Assembly: GCA_004431415.1 (NCBI GenBank) | Contig: QPMI01000685.1 | Span: forward strand, 17,935 to 81,934 | Reading direction: 5' to 3' | DNA: 64,000 nt | Source of the DNA: Cyanophora paradoxa CCMP329 | Lineage: Eukaryota > Plantae > Glaucophyta | Shown: positions 35,205 through 47,900 of the stretch, piece after piece | Layout of the letters: every line of letters starts with the position of its first letter | How positions within the stretch are numbered: position 1 is the stretch's first letter | The notes under the pieces: model-generated | Seen by the model: the letters and a program-made list of their open reading frames with translations, nothing else | Database searches by the model: none | Told to the model about the DNA's origin: nothing | Position numbers and translations under genes: made by a program

Positions 35205-38200
35205 ATGGGCGGCGACGACGACGACGCCCCCGGGCCGCCCCGGAGCATGATGGCGGAGGCACAGGAAGACAGCGGAGACGATGTGGGCCCTCCCAAGCCG
35301 AAGCGGAAGAAGGGTGCGCCGCTCGCGCCCGGCGCGTGGCGCAGGCCTCACGGGGCGGCTTTCGTGCGCGAGCGCAGTGCTGGAGTTCGAGCAGCTGTAC
35401 GCGGACCACATGCCGAACGCCCAGATGTACGAGAAGAGCTGGATGCACCGCGACACGGTCACGCACGTCGCGTGGACGAAGTCGCACTTCCTCGTTACCG
35501 CTAGCGTCGATGGGCACGTGAAGTTCTGGAAGAAGCAGAGCACACTCGTCGAGTTCGTGAAGCACTTCCGCGCCCATCTGGGTGCGCGACCCGGGCGGCC
35601 GCCCCGCCGTCGCCGCGGCTCACCGCGCCGGCCTCGCAGCGCCCATCACGTGCATGGCTGTGAGCGCGGACGGGGCGTACCTCTGCACGGGCTCCGCGGA
35701 CCAGGCGCTCAAGATCTTCGACGTCGTCAACTTCGGTGCGCCGCCGCCGGCCGCCCCCGCTAGCTTCCGCGCCCGAGACGCGCGGGGCAGACATGATCAA
35801 CCTCATCAAGCTCTCCTTCACCCCCTCCGCCGTCGAATGGATCCACAAGCCGAACGCCCCGAAGCCCCGCATCGCAGTGTCCGCCCCGCCGCCTCCGCGC
35901 CCCGGCTCTCGCCCCGCCGCCGCCCCTGACGGCGCCGCGCGCGCAGAGCGGACAGCGAGTCGCCGCGGATACTGATCCTGGACTCGCGCGGGGAGGGCGA
36001 GCCGCTCGCGGAGCTCAAGTTCCACGCCGCGCCCGTGACCCTCATGAAGGCGCGCCGCGCCCCGCGCCCCGCGGCCGGCCCGCTCCGCCGCCTGAGGCGC
36101 CCCGCAGTTCAACGAGAAGAAGGGCGTGGTCGTGTCGGCGGACCAGAAGGGCCTCGTCGAGTACTGGAGCGGCGAGGAGCCGTACGCCGCCCCCGCGCCC
36201 CCCGCCGTCGCCTTCAAGTTCAAGTCCGACACCGACCTCTACGAGTTCGCCAAGGCGCGTGTACCCCTCCGGCGCCGGCCAGTGCTGGACGGTCAGCTGA
36301 TCATCGCTGTACCCCGCAGGCGAAGACGCGCCCGACGAGCCTGGCGTTCAGCCCCGACGGGGAGAAGTTCGTCACGATGAGCAAGGACCGCTTCGTTCGC
36401 GTCTTCTCCTTCGCCAAGGTGTCGGGGGCGGCGTACCCCGCGCCCCGCGCCCGGCGCTCACGTACCCCCTACCGCAGGCGAAGCTGCTTCGGAAGTACGA
36501 CGAGACGCTCGCCGTGTATCACGAGTACCAGAAGGCCCGCCCGCCGCCCCGTTCCCCTCCCCTCGTCCGCGCCCGGCTGACCCTCTCGGGGCTGCAGAGC
36601 GAGAACCCGACGTACAAGCTCGAGTCGATCGACTTCGGGCGGCGCATGGCCGTCGAGAAAGCCCGCCTCGCACCGCGCCGGCCGCCCCCCGCCTTCTCGC
36701 TGACGGCGCGACAGGAGCTGGAGAAGACGGAGGGGGCGCCGGCCTCGAGCGCCGTCTTCGACGAGTCGGGCCACTTCATCCTGTACCCCACCATGCTCGG
36801 CGTCAAGGGTGCCGCCCCCCGCCCGCGCGCCCCGGGGCGGGGCGGCTGGTGAGAGGGCGGGGCGGGGGCAGTGGTGAACATCGAGACGAACCGGCTGCTG
36901 CGGATCCTCGGCAAGGTCGAGAACGGCGAGCGCTTCCTCCAGCTCGCCCTCTACCAGGCCCGGCCCCCGCCCCCACGCCTTGCGCCCTCCCTCCCGGGCC
37001 CTTTCCTCACGCGCGCGGGCGCGCAGGACAAGCCGAAGCTCGCCGCCGCCTTCGTCGCGGGCCAGGGCAAGGTCCGGAGCGCCCCTGTCCCCCACCCCCC
37101 TCCTCTCTCTCCTTCTCCCCTCGCCGACGCGTACCCCCCGCAGCTGGTGCACCAGACGGACCCGACGCTGGTCTGCACCGCCTTCAAGAAGCAGGTGCCG
37201 CGGGCCCCCGCCCCCCGCCTCCTGGCCGCCGCCACCGCCGCTAGGGCCAGGCCCCGCCTGTTCAGCTTCAGCCGCCGCCCCGCATTACAGCTGCAGCGGC
37301 TGCTCGGCTGCGCGCGCCGGCGGGGCCTCACGGGGGCGGGGGCCCCGCCGCAGCGCTTCTACCTCTTCACGCGGCGCGAGCCCGACGACAACGAGTGCGC
37401 CGCCGCCCTCCCAGGGCCTCCCCCGCCCCTCCCCTCCCCTGCCCCGGCCGAGCCTGCTCGCCTGGCAGCACGCCGGAGGGGGGGCGGGACGTCTTCAACG
37501 AGAAGCCGACGAAGGAGATGGCGGCGCTCGCCCCGCAGCCCTCGGGGCCCCTCAGGCCCGCCCCCGCCCCCCGCCCCGCCGCAGGCGAGAGGCCCGCGGC
37601 GCTCACGGCAGGCGGGGCGCAGCACGAACGTGTGCCTGCACACGACGCTGGGCGACATCTTCATCAAGCTCTTCGCCCAGGAGTGCGCCCCGCCCGCCCC
37701 TCCCCTCCCCTCCCCCCCCACCCCCCCCCCCACCCCGCCCCCGCCCCCTCTCCTTCTCCTCTCGCCCTCCAAGGCGGCGCTCGCCGGGCCCCGGCGCCCC
37801 CTCTAGGCCCCTGCTGCACATCGAGCCACGGGGCCGCTCTCCCGCTCCCTCGCCGCCCCGGGGCCTCACGCCGGCCCTTCCCCCCCGCCCGCCCCCCCGT
37901 GCAGGTGCCCGAAGACGATCGAGAACTTCGTGACCCACGCCCGCAACGGGTGCACCTCGCGTACCCCGCGCGGAAGTACCCCTCTCACGGGGGTACAGGT
38001 ACTTCAACGGCCTGATCTTCCACCGCGTGATCAAGGGGTTCATGATCCAGACCGGAGACCCCATCGGTGCGCCAGCTGCGTTCGCCGGGGTGCGCCCCTC
38101 TCCGGGGGGACGGCCCCGAATTTCTCGCCCCCCCTCGCGCAGGCGACGGCACGGGCGGCGCGTCCATCTGGGTGAGCCCTACCCCCTGCCTACCCCGCCC

Positions 38201-38774
38201 CCCCGCCCTCCTCCCCCACCGAGCGAACCACCGACCGACGTACCCCCAGGGCCACGACTTTGAGGACGAGTTCCACAGAAATCTGCGGCATGGTGCGGGC
38301 GCCCCGTTCGGCTCGCGCACCCTCTTTTAACGCTTCTCTTCCCCTTCTCAAGACCGGCCCTTCACCGTGTCCATGGCCAACGCCGGCCCCAACACGAACG
38401 GTGCGGCGGCGTATACGTACCCCTCGTGCCCCCCGGCTTTGCCCCCTCTCACGCCTCGTCCCCCGCAGGGAGCCAGTTCTTCATCACGGTTCGCCTGCCG
38501 GCCCGCCCCGCCCTCCTCCGCCGGCGTCGCGCGAGCCCCTCTGGCCCGCGCAGACGGTGCCGACGCCGTGGCTGGACAACAAGCACACGGTCTTCGGGCG
38601 GGTCGTCAAGGGGATGGAGAACTGCCTGGTGCCCGCGTCGTCCCGGCCCCCGCCCGCCGCCCGCCGCCTCCGCCTGACGCCCCTGGCGGGCAGCTGATCG
38701 AGAAGGTGAAGACGGACAAGCACGACAAGCCCGTCGAGGACGTCAAGATCGTCTCCGTCTCCCTCGGCTCCTGA
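35205..38774 (+). CDS. PPWD1: WD40-repeat cyclophilin (PPWD1/CYP71), ~24 exons
   Basis: [62 protein letters not shown], and the cyclophilin domain [52 protein letters not shown]. Confidence 0.95.
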
Positions 38775-38806
38775 CCGCGGCCCTCACCCTGCCCGCCGCC
38801 CCCGCC

Positions 38807-39540
38807 TTGCCGCCCTGGCCCCTCGTTTCTGGTGTGTGCAATGGACGCTTGCGGGGGAGGCCCGGGAGCCCGCCGTGCCACGAACCGCGCTGGGCCCTCA
38901 CGCATGAACGCCGCTGGGCCGATGGCGAGGTTGAAGCGCTGCTTGAGCATGTAGGCGATGGGGTAGAAAGTGCCAGCCTCCGAGGCTCCTCGGCGACCGC
39001 GGCTGCAGCTGGGCTCCGCGGCCGGGGAGCGGGCTTGCCGCCAGCTGCAGCTTGATCCGCCCGGCCGCGGCGCTCCTCCTCCGACCTCCTGCTGCGTTTC
39101 GTCGAACTCCGGTCCTGCTCCGCTTGTTCCATGCCGTGGAAATAGAACTGGACGCCATGTCAGGGGGAGAGAGGGGCGGGGGCGGAGGGCGGGGGGGGGG
39201 GGGGGGGGGGGAGAGACGGGGCGGGGGTACATTGAGCTCTTCTTCCTCGGCGCCTTCGGCCTGCGCCAACTCAAGCGCCTCCCTGCATTCCTGCAAGGCT
39301 GCCGCCTTCTGGTCACGTTGCTTCTCCACCTGCAAGCGACGTGCCGCTGCCGGCGACAAGGCAGGCGGCTCCACCGGCGCCTCCTCCGCTGCCCCGCGCC
39401 CCGCCTCCGGCGCCCCCGCCGCCCCGCCGCCCCGCCGCCCCGCCGCCCCGCCGCCCCCGCCGCCCCCGCCGCCTCCCTGTGGAAGGCGGCGTGAGCCAGG
39501 AGCCGGGATCGAGGATCGGAGGGAGGGCGGGCGAGGGCAC
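38807..39540 (-). other. Possible coding fragment or TE-associated ORF remnant
   Basis: Coding-like stretch ARRLQVEKQRDQKAAALQECREALELAQAEGAEEEELN followed by a GT donor. No clear ATG or family motif, and it adjoins a TE-rich zone. Confidence 0.3.
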
Positions 39541-39924
39541 ACGTTCCTCTAGGAGGGCGGCGAGCCGTTTTATAATTATGATCAGTTAGATCGGTTCGGA
39601 CCCCGTTTTAATTATAATACCGGTACTGTACATGTGGCCATGCCATGATGGGGCCAGTACTAGTGTGTGCGTAGTTAACTTAGTACTAGTGTGTGCGTAG
39701 TGTTAATTATAAGTCAACTTACCGAGTTAAGTGGGCCGCCGGCTCCGCCGCCGCTGTACATGTGGACGTTGGCGGACTAATTTTCGACAGGATTTTCGGG
39801 TTTTGGCGAAAGACTCTGAGAAACGCTACGAGTTATGGCCCTTATGGCCCATTGGCCCAAGTTATGGGCCTCAGGCGGAGTTTCCTGGGCGAACTTGCCA
39901 GCCGGCGCCAGACTGCCGCCAGTC

Positions 39925-40432
39925 TAGGGTTGCCGCTCCGTACGGAGTTCCGGGCAGACCACCCGGAACCGGAACTCACCCGGAGCTCCGCACGTTCCGC
40001 ACGGAGTTCCGCAGGTACTGGAGAACCCTAACAAAATGACAGAAAGGAGGCGCCCCCCTGCACGTAAGAGGCCTAGGGCCCCCAAATGACTAAGATACAT
40101 CCTATTCGTCATCGATATCCTCCTCCTCCTCGACCTCCTTCTCGTCGTCCTCCTGCACATGCACAGGTACCCCCCCTGGCCGTGCATGTTTCGCAGCCTC
40201 TCGCCGTCTGGCAACTCGATCGGATCGCTCCTGCTGCTCGGCGCTAATTGTAGCGCTCGGATTGCTGACTCTCCGGCCTTCTGGGCGACTGGCGCTGCAG
40301 GGTTCGAACCCGGGTTTTTGTATGGAGGCCTCCGCTCCGTACGGAGTTCCGCCCACCCACCCGGATCCGGATCCGGAACTCCGCACTCCGTACGGAGTTT
40401 CAGTGCCCCGGAACTCCGGGCCGGCAACCCTA
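39925..40432. mobile_element. Non-autonomous hAT-type DNA transposon (MITE, 508 bp)
   Basis: Termini TAGGGTTGCCG / CGGCAACCCTA and a perfect 8-bp TSD CGCCAGTC (39917-39924 and 40433-40440). Subterminal CTCCGTACGGAGTT / CCGGAACTCCG repeats. Confidence 0.88.
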
Positions 40433-40571
40433 CGCCAGTCCGAGAACTCTAGATCTAGGCGCCGGATGCATATGCGACTGGCAGATGTTGTCCTTATATT
40501 CGTACGGATATGGTGGCGGATGGCGGATTGGCGGATTGAAAGTGCTGGCGGATATTCGTACGTTTACAGTA

Positions 40572-40845
40572 TACTAGTATTATAGTAGTATATAGCTAAA
40601 CAGCGCGCCGTGCACGTGTAATTATAATTACATAAATGACAGAGCTCGAGAGTCGAGACTCGCCATAGAGCAGAATCTATATTCGGCAATTTATGATTTA
40701 TCGCCACGGCAATTCCGGTTTTGGGCGAATTCGGCAATTTGACAACGCGGCAATTAAAGCCGTCCTACAGTAGTAAGTACTAGTAATTATAAGTTAGTAG
40801 TAACCAGCGCACCGTGCACGTGTAATTATATAAATGACAGAGACT
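40572..40845. repeat. Imperfect ~65-bp direct repeat pair enclosing four CGGCAATT motifs
   Basis: TACTAGTA..CAGCGC(G/A)CCGTGCACGTGTAATTATA..TAAATGACAGAG occurs at ~40572-40645 and ~40779-40845. Confidence 0.7.
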
Positions 40846-41961
40846 CACACGTCACAGAGTGACCCTTGGCCAATCAGAAAGATTATAGCTACGTCAACGC
40901 TCAACATTTAGTTTTTTTAGAAAAGAATACAAAAAATGTTCACGTAGGTAGTGCGCTCCCCATTGGTGGGCTGCCGTGGGCATGCGCAGGCTTTACTAGT
41001 ATTCAAGTCCGTCGGCGCCGCTCCCCGGCGGGACCCGGGAAATTGGAGGGAATCCGGATCCGGGATTCCGGGGCCTTCCGGGCCGGGAATCCCGGGATTA
41101 GAGCTGTACATGTGCGCAATGCGCATGCTCGCCGATCTCGCGAGTCGCTCGGGCTGGCCGGCCGAGCGTCGACGATCGACTCCGCCGGGCCGCGGGGCGC
41201 CCGGGCCCGCCCGGCCCCGCCGCGCCCGCGGCCGAGCCGCCGGATCCGGAGACGGCCCTGCCCGGCGGATCGAGTCCGGGCCCCGGGGAGATCATCGCCG
41301 AGTCGGATCCGGCCATCATCATCATGACATCATGGCATCCGGGCATGATCCGGCCCGCGGCGGGAGGACCAGAAACTGGCAGAAAGCGAATTCGAACTTG
41401 GGAAGCTCCGGCACTGCAGGCTGGCACCGCAGTACTAGTGGCACGTACCGACGTCAACCAGCAGCAATATCGCAGGATTCGCAGCTACCCGGGTGACCGC
41501 GCGCAGGCTCCGCAGCACTGCGGCAGCAGCCTGCATGAGGCTGCATCGATATCATGGCATGACGGCAGCATGCCATGATGAGTACCGGCCGCGGGCCTAC
41601 CGGTACCGCAGTACCGTTGTACGTATCATAGTATACACTGCCCTACGTACGCGTATACCGTAGCACACTCAGTGTGTGACTAGTACAGCTGCACTGCAGT
41701 CGCCGCGCCTGCTCAGTGACTACCGGCTATTGTGCTTACAACAGCAGTATCGCAACCATACATAGCTACAGGCTACGTATACAGCCGCGCAGCCTGTAGC
41801 GCGTAGACGGTCGCAGTGTTGCGCGCACGTGCACGTACGCGTTCCCGGCGGCCTCGAGCTCCGGATCCTATAGCCACTAGGCTATGGTAACGTTAGCGAT
41901 CGACAAGCTTAAGAGTCTTGCACGCCGGCGCCCGCGGAGTCGTGCACGTGCACACATGTAC

Positions 41962-44900
41962 ATGGGACAGGCTAGCGCTGAGGCTGCGCGGCTGCTGGCG
42001 GCGATCGCTCTGTGCCTCCAGCTTTTGGGACTCGGCTTGCCGGTTTCGGCAGCAGAGCCCAACTACGCAGCGTACGGGACTGTCGTCGTGCCATCGGGTC
42101 CGTTCGTTTTGCAGAGCCGGTGGGACCCATGCCAGTGCGTCCGTCCTGGTCACGGTATCGCGAACGATAACAAGCAGTGGGTGATTGCTGGATGCGACAA
42201 CGTTTTTAACTGTGAGCTCATGATCAATTGCCTCCCGCATTGATTGCCTCCCCCATTAATCCGCTAACGACGCGTATACGTATGCGGATGTATTTGCAGC
42301 GACCTCGGGATCCGGGCCATTCTGGTTCAATTGGAACGCAACGGCAAACAACTACGGCCGTCTGACCGGCTACGGCGGTAAGGTGTTGAAGATCACAGAT
42401 CCCGGCGCAGCCACCACGACTGAGTTTAGCGTTTCTCTGGGTGGCGTGCGTGGTCTTTTTAACTTGTCACAATCTCATCTTTCTGAAGCTTTGAGCTTAA
42501 AATTGATCGTCTTTTGTGTGTTTGCCCCCCCCCCCCCCCCCCCCCCCCTGTTTGGCATCGCAGCCCAAAGACATCTCGAATGCAGCAAGCTTTACGTACA
42601 CAGGCATGGACTCCCAAGTGAAGTTTCTGAATGATTCGACGGGATGCGTGCGAATCGTGTCAAGGCTGGCAAGCAACGTCATATTATTCACTGGCCATGT
42701 CGGACTGAAGAGGGGCGCTGGCCAATATTCGACCTTTATGCTCGACAACAGAAACCTTGCTGGTCAATGACACATTTATGTTTTCATTCGATCAGAAGTT
42801 TGGGCTCTAGGGCTGATTTGTAATCTCTCGCTGACCATATGCATGTATTACGTATGCATCGACAGATACTAGCTCGACGTGCTGGAACCTCCTCCAAGAA
42901 CCCCCAGCTCTGCCAGCGGTCATTCCTGTTTATAATTATGTTTTCATCATCCCAGATCGCTTTGTATATTAAATGCGCGCGCTTTGACTTTCCTTCATGC
43001 AGACTTGCCGGCCGAGAGAGCCATTCCGGCTCAAGAGCGTGGCGGACACGAGCAAGTGCATCACAGTTGACAGTGCAAGCAGGAACTGGACGCTCACGCC
43101 GTGCGGTACGCCGACAACTTTCTATCACTCTCCAATCTTGAAGTCGGCCCTCGAGATCTGATCCGAAAATTCAGAGTCCCCGTGCACTCCTGAATCGAAC
43201 CAACAGTGGTGGTCTGTTGAGCCAGTCAGCAATCCAGACCTCAACTACGGATTCCGGATCGCGGACTTCCGCGGAGACATAGGGGACCCCATTCCCTCCC
43301 CAGACCCTCGGAGTGCGTATCAGAAGACTCTCGCTGGATCCGCCGAGTCGCTTGCCGCGGTGCGAGCACATGTTTGTGATAGCAATTAACGTATATATTC
43401 GCGAATTAATGCTCTCTCGCTTTTGCGAGTAGCACCGAGGTGGTAGGTTTCTTCCGCTCACCAATAACCGGCCAATGAAGTCCAGCTCGACGAGGGACGC
43501 GGTACTCGACCAGTTCCTCCGTTTCACTACCTACCACTTCAATGCGACCTTCAACGCGCACCTCGTGCGTGAACGACGCGCCATCGCCAGCGCTTCCTGT
43601 TCTTTTCCAAATTAAATCCCTCATCAGGTTGCCATCATGTCGATAAACTCGTACATGTCGTACCTGACCGCACCACTGAGCACTACCGGAGCCATGCGGG
43701 AGGTTCTGGAGTGGGACGACGGGTACTCTTTGCCAGGCGAGTTTATCACGGCATCGAATCCGAATCCGGGCTACCCGGCCGGCGCGACTTTTGCGGACAT
43801 GGCCGCGCATAATGGCTGCCCCAGCTGCCTCTACTGGCACTGGGGAGCCTTCAAAAGCATGAAACCCAATGTAGAAAAGTATGACCCCGAAGCGGCCGAC
43901 GATTGGAACGTCCCAGAGCAACTATGGATCGTTCAGGAAAAGAGCGAGGCCTGCCCCATAGCCACACCATCGCCCACGGCTACACCGTCGCCTACGGCCT
44001 CTCCTTCGCCAATGGCTACACCGTTAACGCTGCCCGTGGATACGGCCACTCCGTCGCCCATGGCCACTCCGTCGCCCATGGCTACTCCGGATCCGTCATC
44101 AGTTAATGACCCGCAGCCGGGCAAGCTCCTGCCAGTTGTGAAGATCGATGTGAGTCGCGATCGTATCTTTGAGCAGCAACCCTTGAGCTTATTTTTTTTA
44201 TTTTGAGCTCGTGATGATCATCCCCCGCCCACGTGCATGCTGCATGCGCAGCTCGAAACATCACCGACGAAGGACCCCACCGCTCTTGTTCCGTCGAAGA
44301 CCCTCCTGATGCGCTGCCGGTCGAACGTCACCCGCGATCCGAACTTCCCAAACATCGCAGTGCAAGGATGGATGGCGCCGAATAACGAGTCCGAGCTGGC
44401 AGACCTCCTGAGGTAAGACATTTTTAGTAATACTTATTAACCAAGTTAATTAAGAAGCTTTGAATAATGGCAGCCTTAAGCTGCAGCTGATCACGCGCGT
44501 TACTTTCATTTCTCAGTTATCTGACCGCGGGCGCAACGAAAGCCGAGAACATGCTAGCCTTCCGACCCAGCAGCAGGCCCGCCCTTGTGTACGGTTCGCG
44601 ATATCGATGTTATATAATTATGTACATGCGTATGCATGCGCACATGTAAATGTGCGGCCTCGAACTTACATCGCCGCGTGCACGGATCGAACAGATAAGG
44701 AGTACATCTTGCGCTGCTACGCGAGCTACCCTGGGGCTCCGCCCGAGGAGGTCGTCTACGACGAGATCCGCGTTCGGCTTCTCAGCCCGCCGACGCCCGG
44801 CACATGCACGGTGGCGCCGCCGGAGGGAATCGCCCTCCAGGATACGTTCACGGTCACGTGCTCGAGCTGGACGTCCCCGCGCATCCCATTGAACTACGCG

Positions 44901-47900
44901 CTGCGGGTGCGTGCCTCGAGCTCCAGTCGATCTAGATCTGATCTCGCGATTGCATGTCTCTGAATTGGCCAACGCGGCTTCGCAGCTGCCCTCTGCAACG
45001 GGCAGCACGCTCCTCGTCCCCTCTCAGGAAAGCCCCGTGATGTCCAACCTCGTCCTCCCGGTCGGCAACCCCGTCCGGCTGATCGCAACCGTCTGTGACC
45101 GAAACGGTGGATGCTCGGGTCTGCTGCCCCGAACAAAACGATTTACATATCAATTTCCAATCGCTTTCACCTCGTCTGAACGTGAAACGTTGACGGAGCA
45201 GAACTTCCACTCAGTGTTATTGTCCGGGCTCCGCCGGACGTCTGTGACTCGTACAACACGCGCAAGGCAGCGCTCGATGCTTCCGCGGCACAAATGTCCA
45301 GGCGGGATTACGACGCCAGCGTTCTTCGGTCCGTTATCGCGACGGCAAAGCAGCTTCAGGCCGAAACCGTCGGTGAGTATCCGCTCAAGTACTTAGCGCT
45401 AGCAGAAGCACATACGTACGCGTATACGCATGAGCCCGAAATTTAATGCAAATGAACGTGCACGTGCATATGTACATATATGTGCGCGTCGCGTGCCAAT
45501 TACTGCAGTTCCGGCGACTAAAGCTTCCTAAATGTGTATATGTTAATGTACTGATCATGAACCTTTCCACAGCGAAAACCACCACAGAAAGCTGCGTCGG
45601 GGGCCTTATCGTGGACACGTGCAGCGCGGCGGGGTCAGCCGCGTCTGTCTCTGACAAGGTGCAGGCCATCTCGGCCATCACAGATGTTGCTCAAGTCGCT
45701 GCGCGGTGCGCGTATCCTGATCGAGATTAAATATGACTCATACTTTCTGTGCCTGGTCCGTTTACCATGCATATGCACACAAACCAGGCACACAAACACC
45801 ACGCAACAAAAACGACTCTTTGCTTGCTATCCCGCGCTTGATGCGTGCGAGGTACCCGAGGACATGACTGACGCGATTCTCGATGCGGTGATTGCATTGC
45901 AAGAGCTCGAAATCATGTGGATGCATAGCTAATGCACGCCTTCTTTATGCGCTGCGCACCCCGCAGGCCGACCGGTCCGTATCCGCGGCCATCAGCTCCA
46001 AAGACTGGACTCCGAACACGGCGGGTGGTCTCCAGCAGACGCAGAGCGGGCAGCTTACAAGCCCCCTTGCCGGCATCCTTAACGACCTCATCAAGGGTCC
46101 CGAAGAAGCCCGCGCAAGGTGCAAATAAAGCACGCATCATATGTAGAAGCGCCGGCCGGATCGAGATCGAAACTGAACACCAGCGCGTCGCCGAAGGTGC
46201 CGTGATTGCGGCCAAGGTTTCCGAAAGAGAGCGGTCGACTCGGTGTCTGTTACGGCCGGAAAGAGTGTGCCCTGTACTTCTTTACCGCGCTCGAGCTGTG
46301 CCTGACCTCTAGATCTGCGCCCTGCAGTCTGCTTTACGGATATCCGCCCCTACTACCCAGTCCCGACCGACGCGACGTCGAGAATATCCAGGACGCGGGT
46401 CTTCCTTCCAGCGGGAGTCAAGGTACATATGTACTTCGATGTGTTCTCTATGGCTGCGCATGCTCGAGCTCCGCTGATCATGAGCATTAACTCTTGGCAG
46501 AACTTCGTACCGCGCAACGGAACTGACGGGTTTGTATTGCAGCTGCCTTTGATTTCGTCCCCTGACTATGGCTGGATACGTATGTCGTCTTGTATTAACA
46601 TATAACTAGATTTGCTGTTTCGGTGATCAACATGGAAGAAAGCCCTGTGCGCTGCTCGCACCCTTCGCGCTAATGGCGTATACGCACTCATGCATATGCT
46701 TGGGTTTCCTGCGCGCGCAGCATGCGAATGTGTTCCTGGGTGTCGCAGGGGTGCCCGGAACGGCCTCCTTGACCGGATACTTCGTCGGTGAGTTTGCGAT
46801 AATTTTCTCTCTCTTGTTGTTTAATTGAATTTTGTTTTCGCCCATACCGACGTCGACGGCGCAGATATCTCCGTGCTCGGGTCTGTATACGTAACACGCT
46901 TTAGCTGTATATATAGTGACGGCTCTAGCGGCGGCGCAGGCGCCCTCATAATTATATTTAGCTATAGAATTGCAGTCCGACGAACTGCCGCGCGCAGTTC
47001 GGAAGTAACGGGGGTTGATTCAACCACTCCCATCATCATAGGTAAACCTAACTGCGTCTGCTTCGCCCGACATTGCAATTGATTCGGCCCCGATCGCGGA
47101 AGAAAAATTTAATAAATTAAACGTTGTTTTCGCTTGCAGAAATACCACTCAAGAACAGGACTGGGATGCCCACCACGCAGCAGGTCACTCCTTCCACGCA
47201 AAGTCTTCCACCTGGCGCCTGACGCACCTATCCGGAGCGCAGTACTTGCTCTTCTGGAATGAGACGAGGAAGTCGTGGGACCCGTGCGGCCTGCCGCTCA
47301 ACATGGCCGTGGGCGATCCCGAGGACACGTCGAGCGTGGGCGACATGTTCCAGCGCGACGGCGTCTGGTGCGAATGTACATGCGCCGCGCGCGCCGCCGT
47401 CCATCAAAATCGATTCATACGCGTATTCTTCCGCTGTCTGACGGACGCCTCCAGGTATGCTCGGGGCCGCTGCACGCACTTGACCACCGTACTTGCTGCC
47501 TTTCTTTCTGTGGCTACGGGCTCAAATGAATTGATATGTATCTCGTCTTCCTTGTACAGTTCACTACGGGCGCGCTCATACCTGGTACCGGTACCGGTGG
47601 CGCCGGCGCGGCCATGAGCTCCATTCCGGGCTTCGAGTCGAGGCCCACCAGCGAAATCTCCAGTGACAGCAACAAACAGGTTTGTCAGCCGAACCGCGTT
47701 TTTTATGAGCTCTTGACAATCGTAAGCTCAAGCGCATTAATTAACCGAGCCGCGCAGATGGCAATCATTTTTCCCATCGTGCTGGGTGTTGGCGCAATCG
47801 TTCTCGTTGTGGGCAGCATTGTGTTGCTGCGGAAGTGCGCAAAGGCAACCGCGCTGGCGGCGCCGGCTCGGAACCGCAGCGCGCTGGTAATCGACGTTGC

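Noticed and set aside
40240-40320. tRNA gene (GGTTCGAACCC)
   Set aside because: No convincing cloverleaf or acceptor stem; it lies inside a MITE.
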